NCBI GenBank assembly: GCA_029856525.1
Contig: JAHQXC010000066.1
Span: forward strand, 1-7,141
Length of the DNA stretch: 7,141 nucleotides
Reading direction: 5' to 3'
Origin: Candidatus Odinarchaeia archaeon
Lineage (GTDB): Archaea; Asgardarchaeota; Odinarchaeia; Odinarchaeales; Odinarchaeaceae
In this document: positions 7,082-7,141 of the stretch, in pieces
Numbering within the stretch: the stretch's first letter is position 1
Layout: each line of letters opens with the position of its first letter
Translations under genes and position numbers: made by a program
Notes under the pieces: model-generated
What the model was told of the DNA's origin: nothing
The model's database searches: none
The model's input: only the letters and a program-made list of their open reading frames with translations

Positions 7082-7141
7082 GAGGAGTGTCTCAGCTATT
7101 CTTTTTAGTCGTGGAGTGTGTCAACCTGTTACTTGAAGATT

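Noticed and set aside
7087-7141. Possible start of a divergent + strand gene (GTG 7087 or GTG 7111; frame open to the window end, VSQLFFLVVECVNLLLED)
   Set aside because: Only 10-18 codons are visible with no recognisable motif; it cannot be supported without the downstream sequence.

Overview
Gene-dense, AT-rich archaeal chromosomal window. Most of it is the known archaeal DNA double-strand-break end-resection cluster on the + strand, in the order nurA (5'-truncated by the window edge; frame open from base 2) - herA - mre11 - rad50, with gaps of only 1-12 nt and GGTG/GAGG-type ribosome-binding sites. A DUF45/YgjP-like HExxH zinc metallopeptidase gene follows 14 nt after rad50 on the same strand and overlaps, by 76 nt, a convergent nitroreductase-family gene on the - strand. 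The core machine is not novel. The points worth following up are: (i) the possible co-transcription of a Wss1/WLM-like protease with the resection operon, a candidate archaeal DNA-protein-crosslink protease; (ii) non-canonical residues in all four core enzymes, especially a paired Walker A Asn->Ile and D-loop Asp->Ser change in Rad50; (iii) a compact 675-aa Rad50. No RNA genes, CRISPR arrays or mobile elements were recognised. All family assignments come from motifs read by eye, not from database searches.
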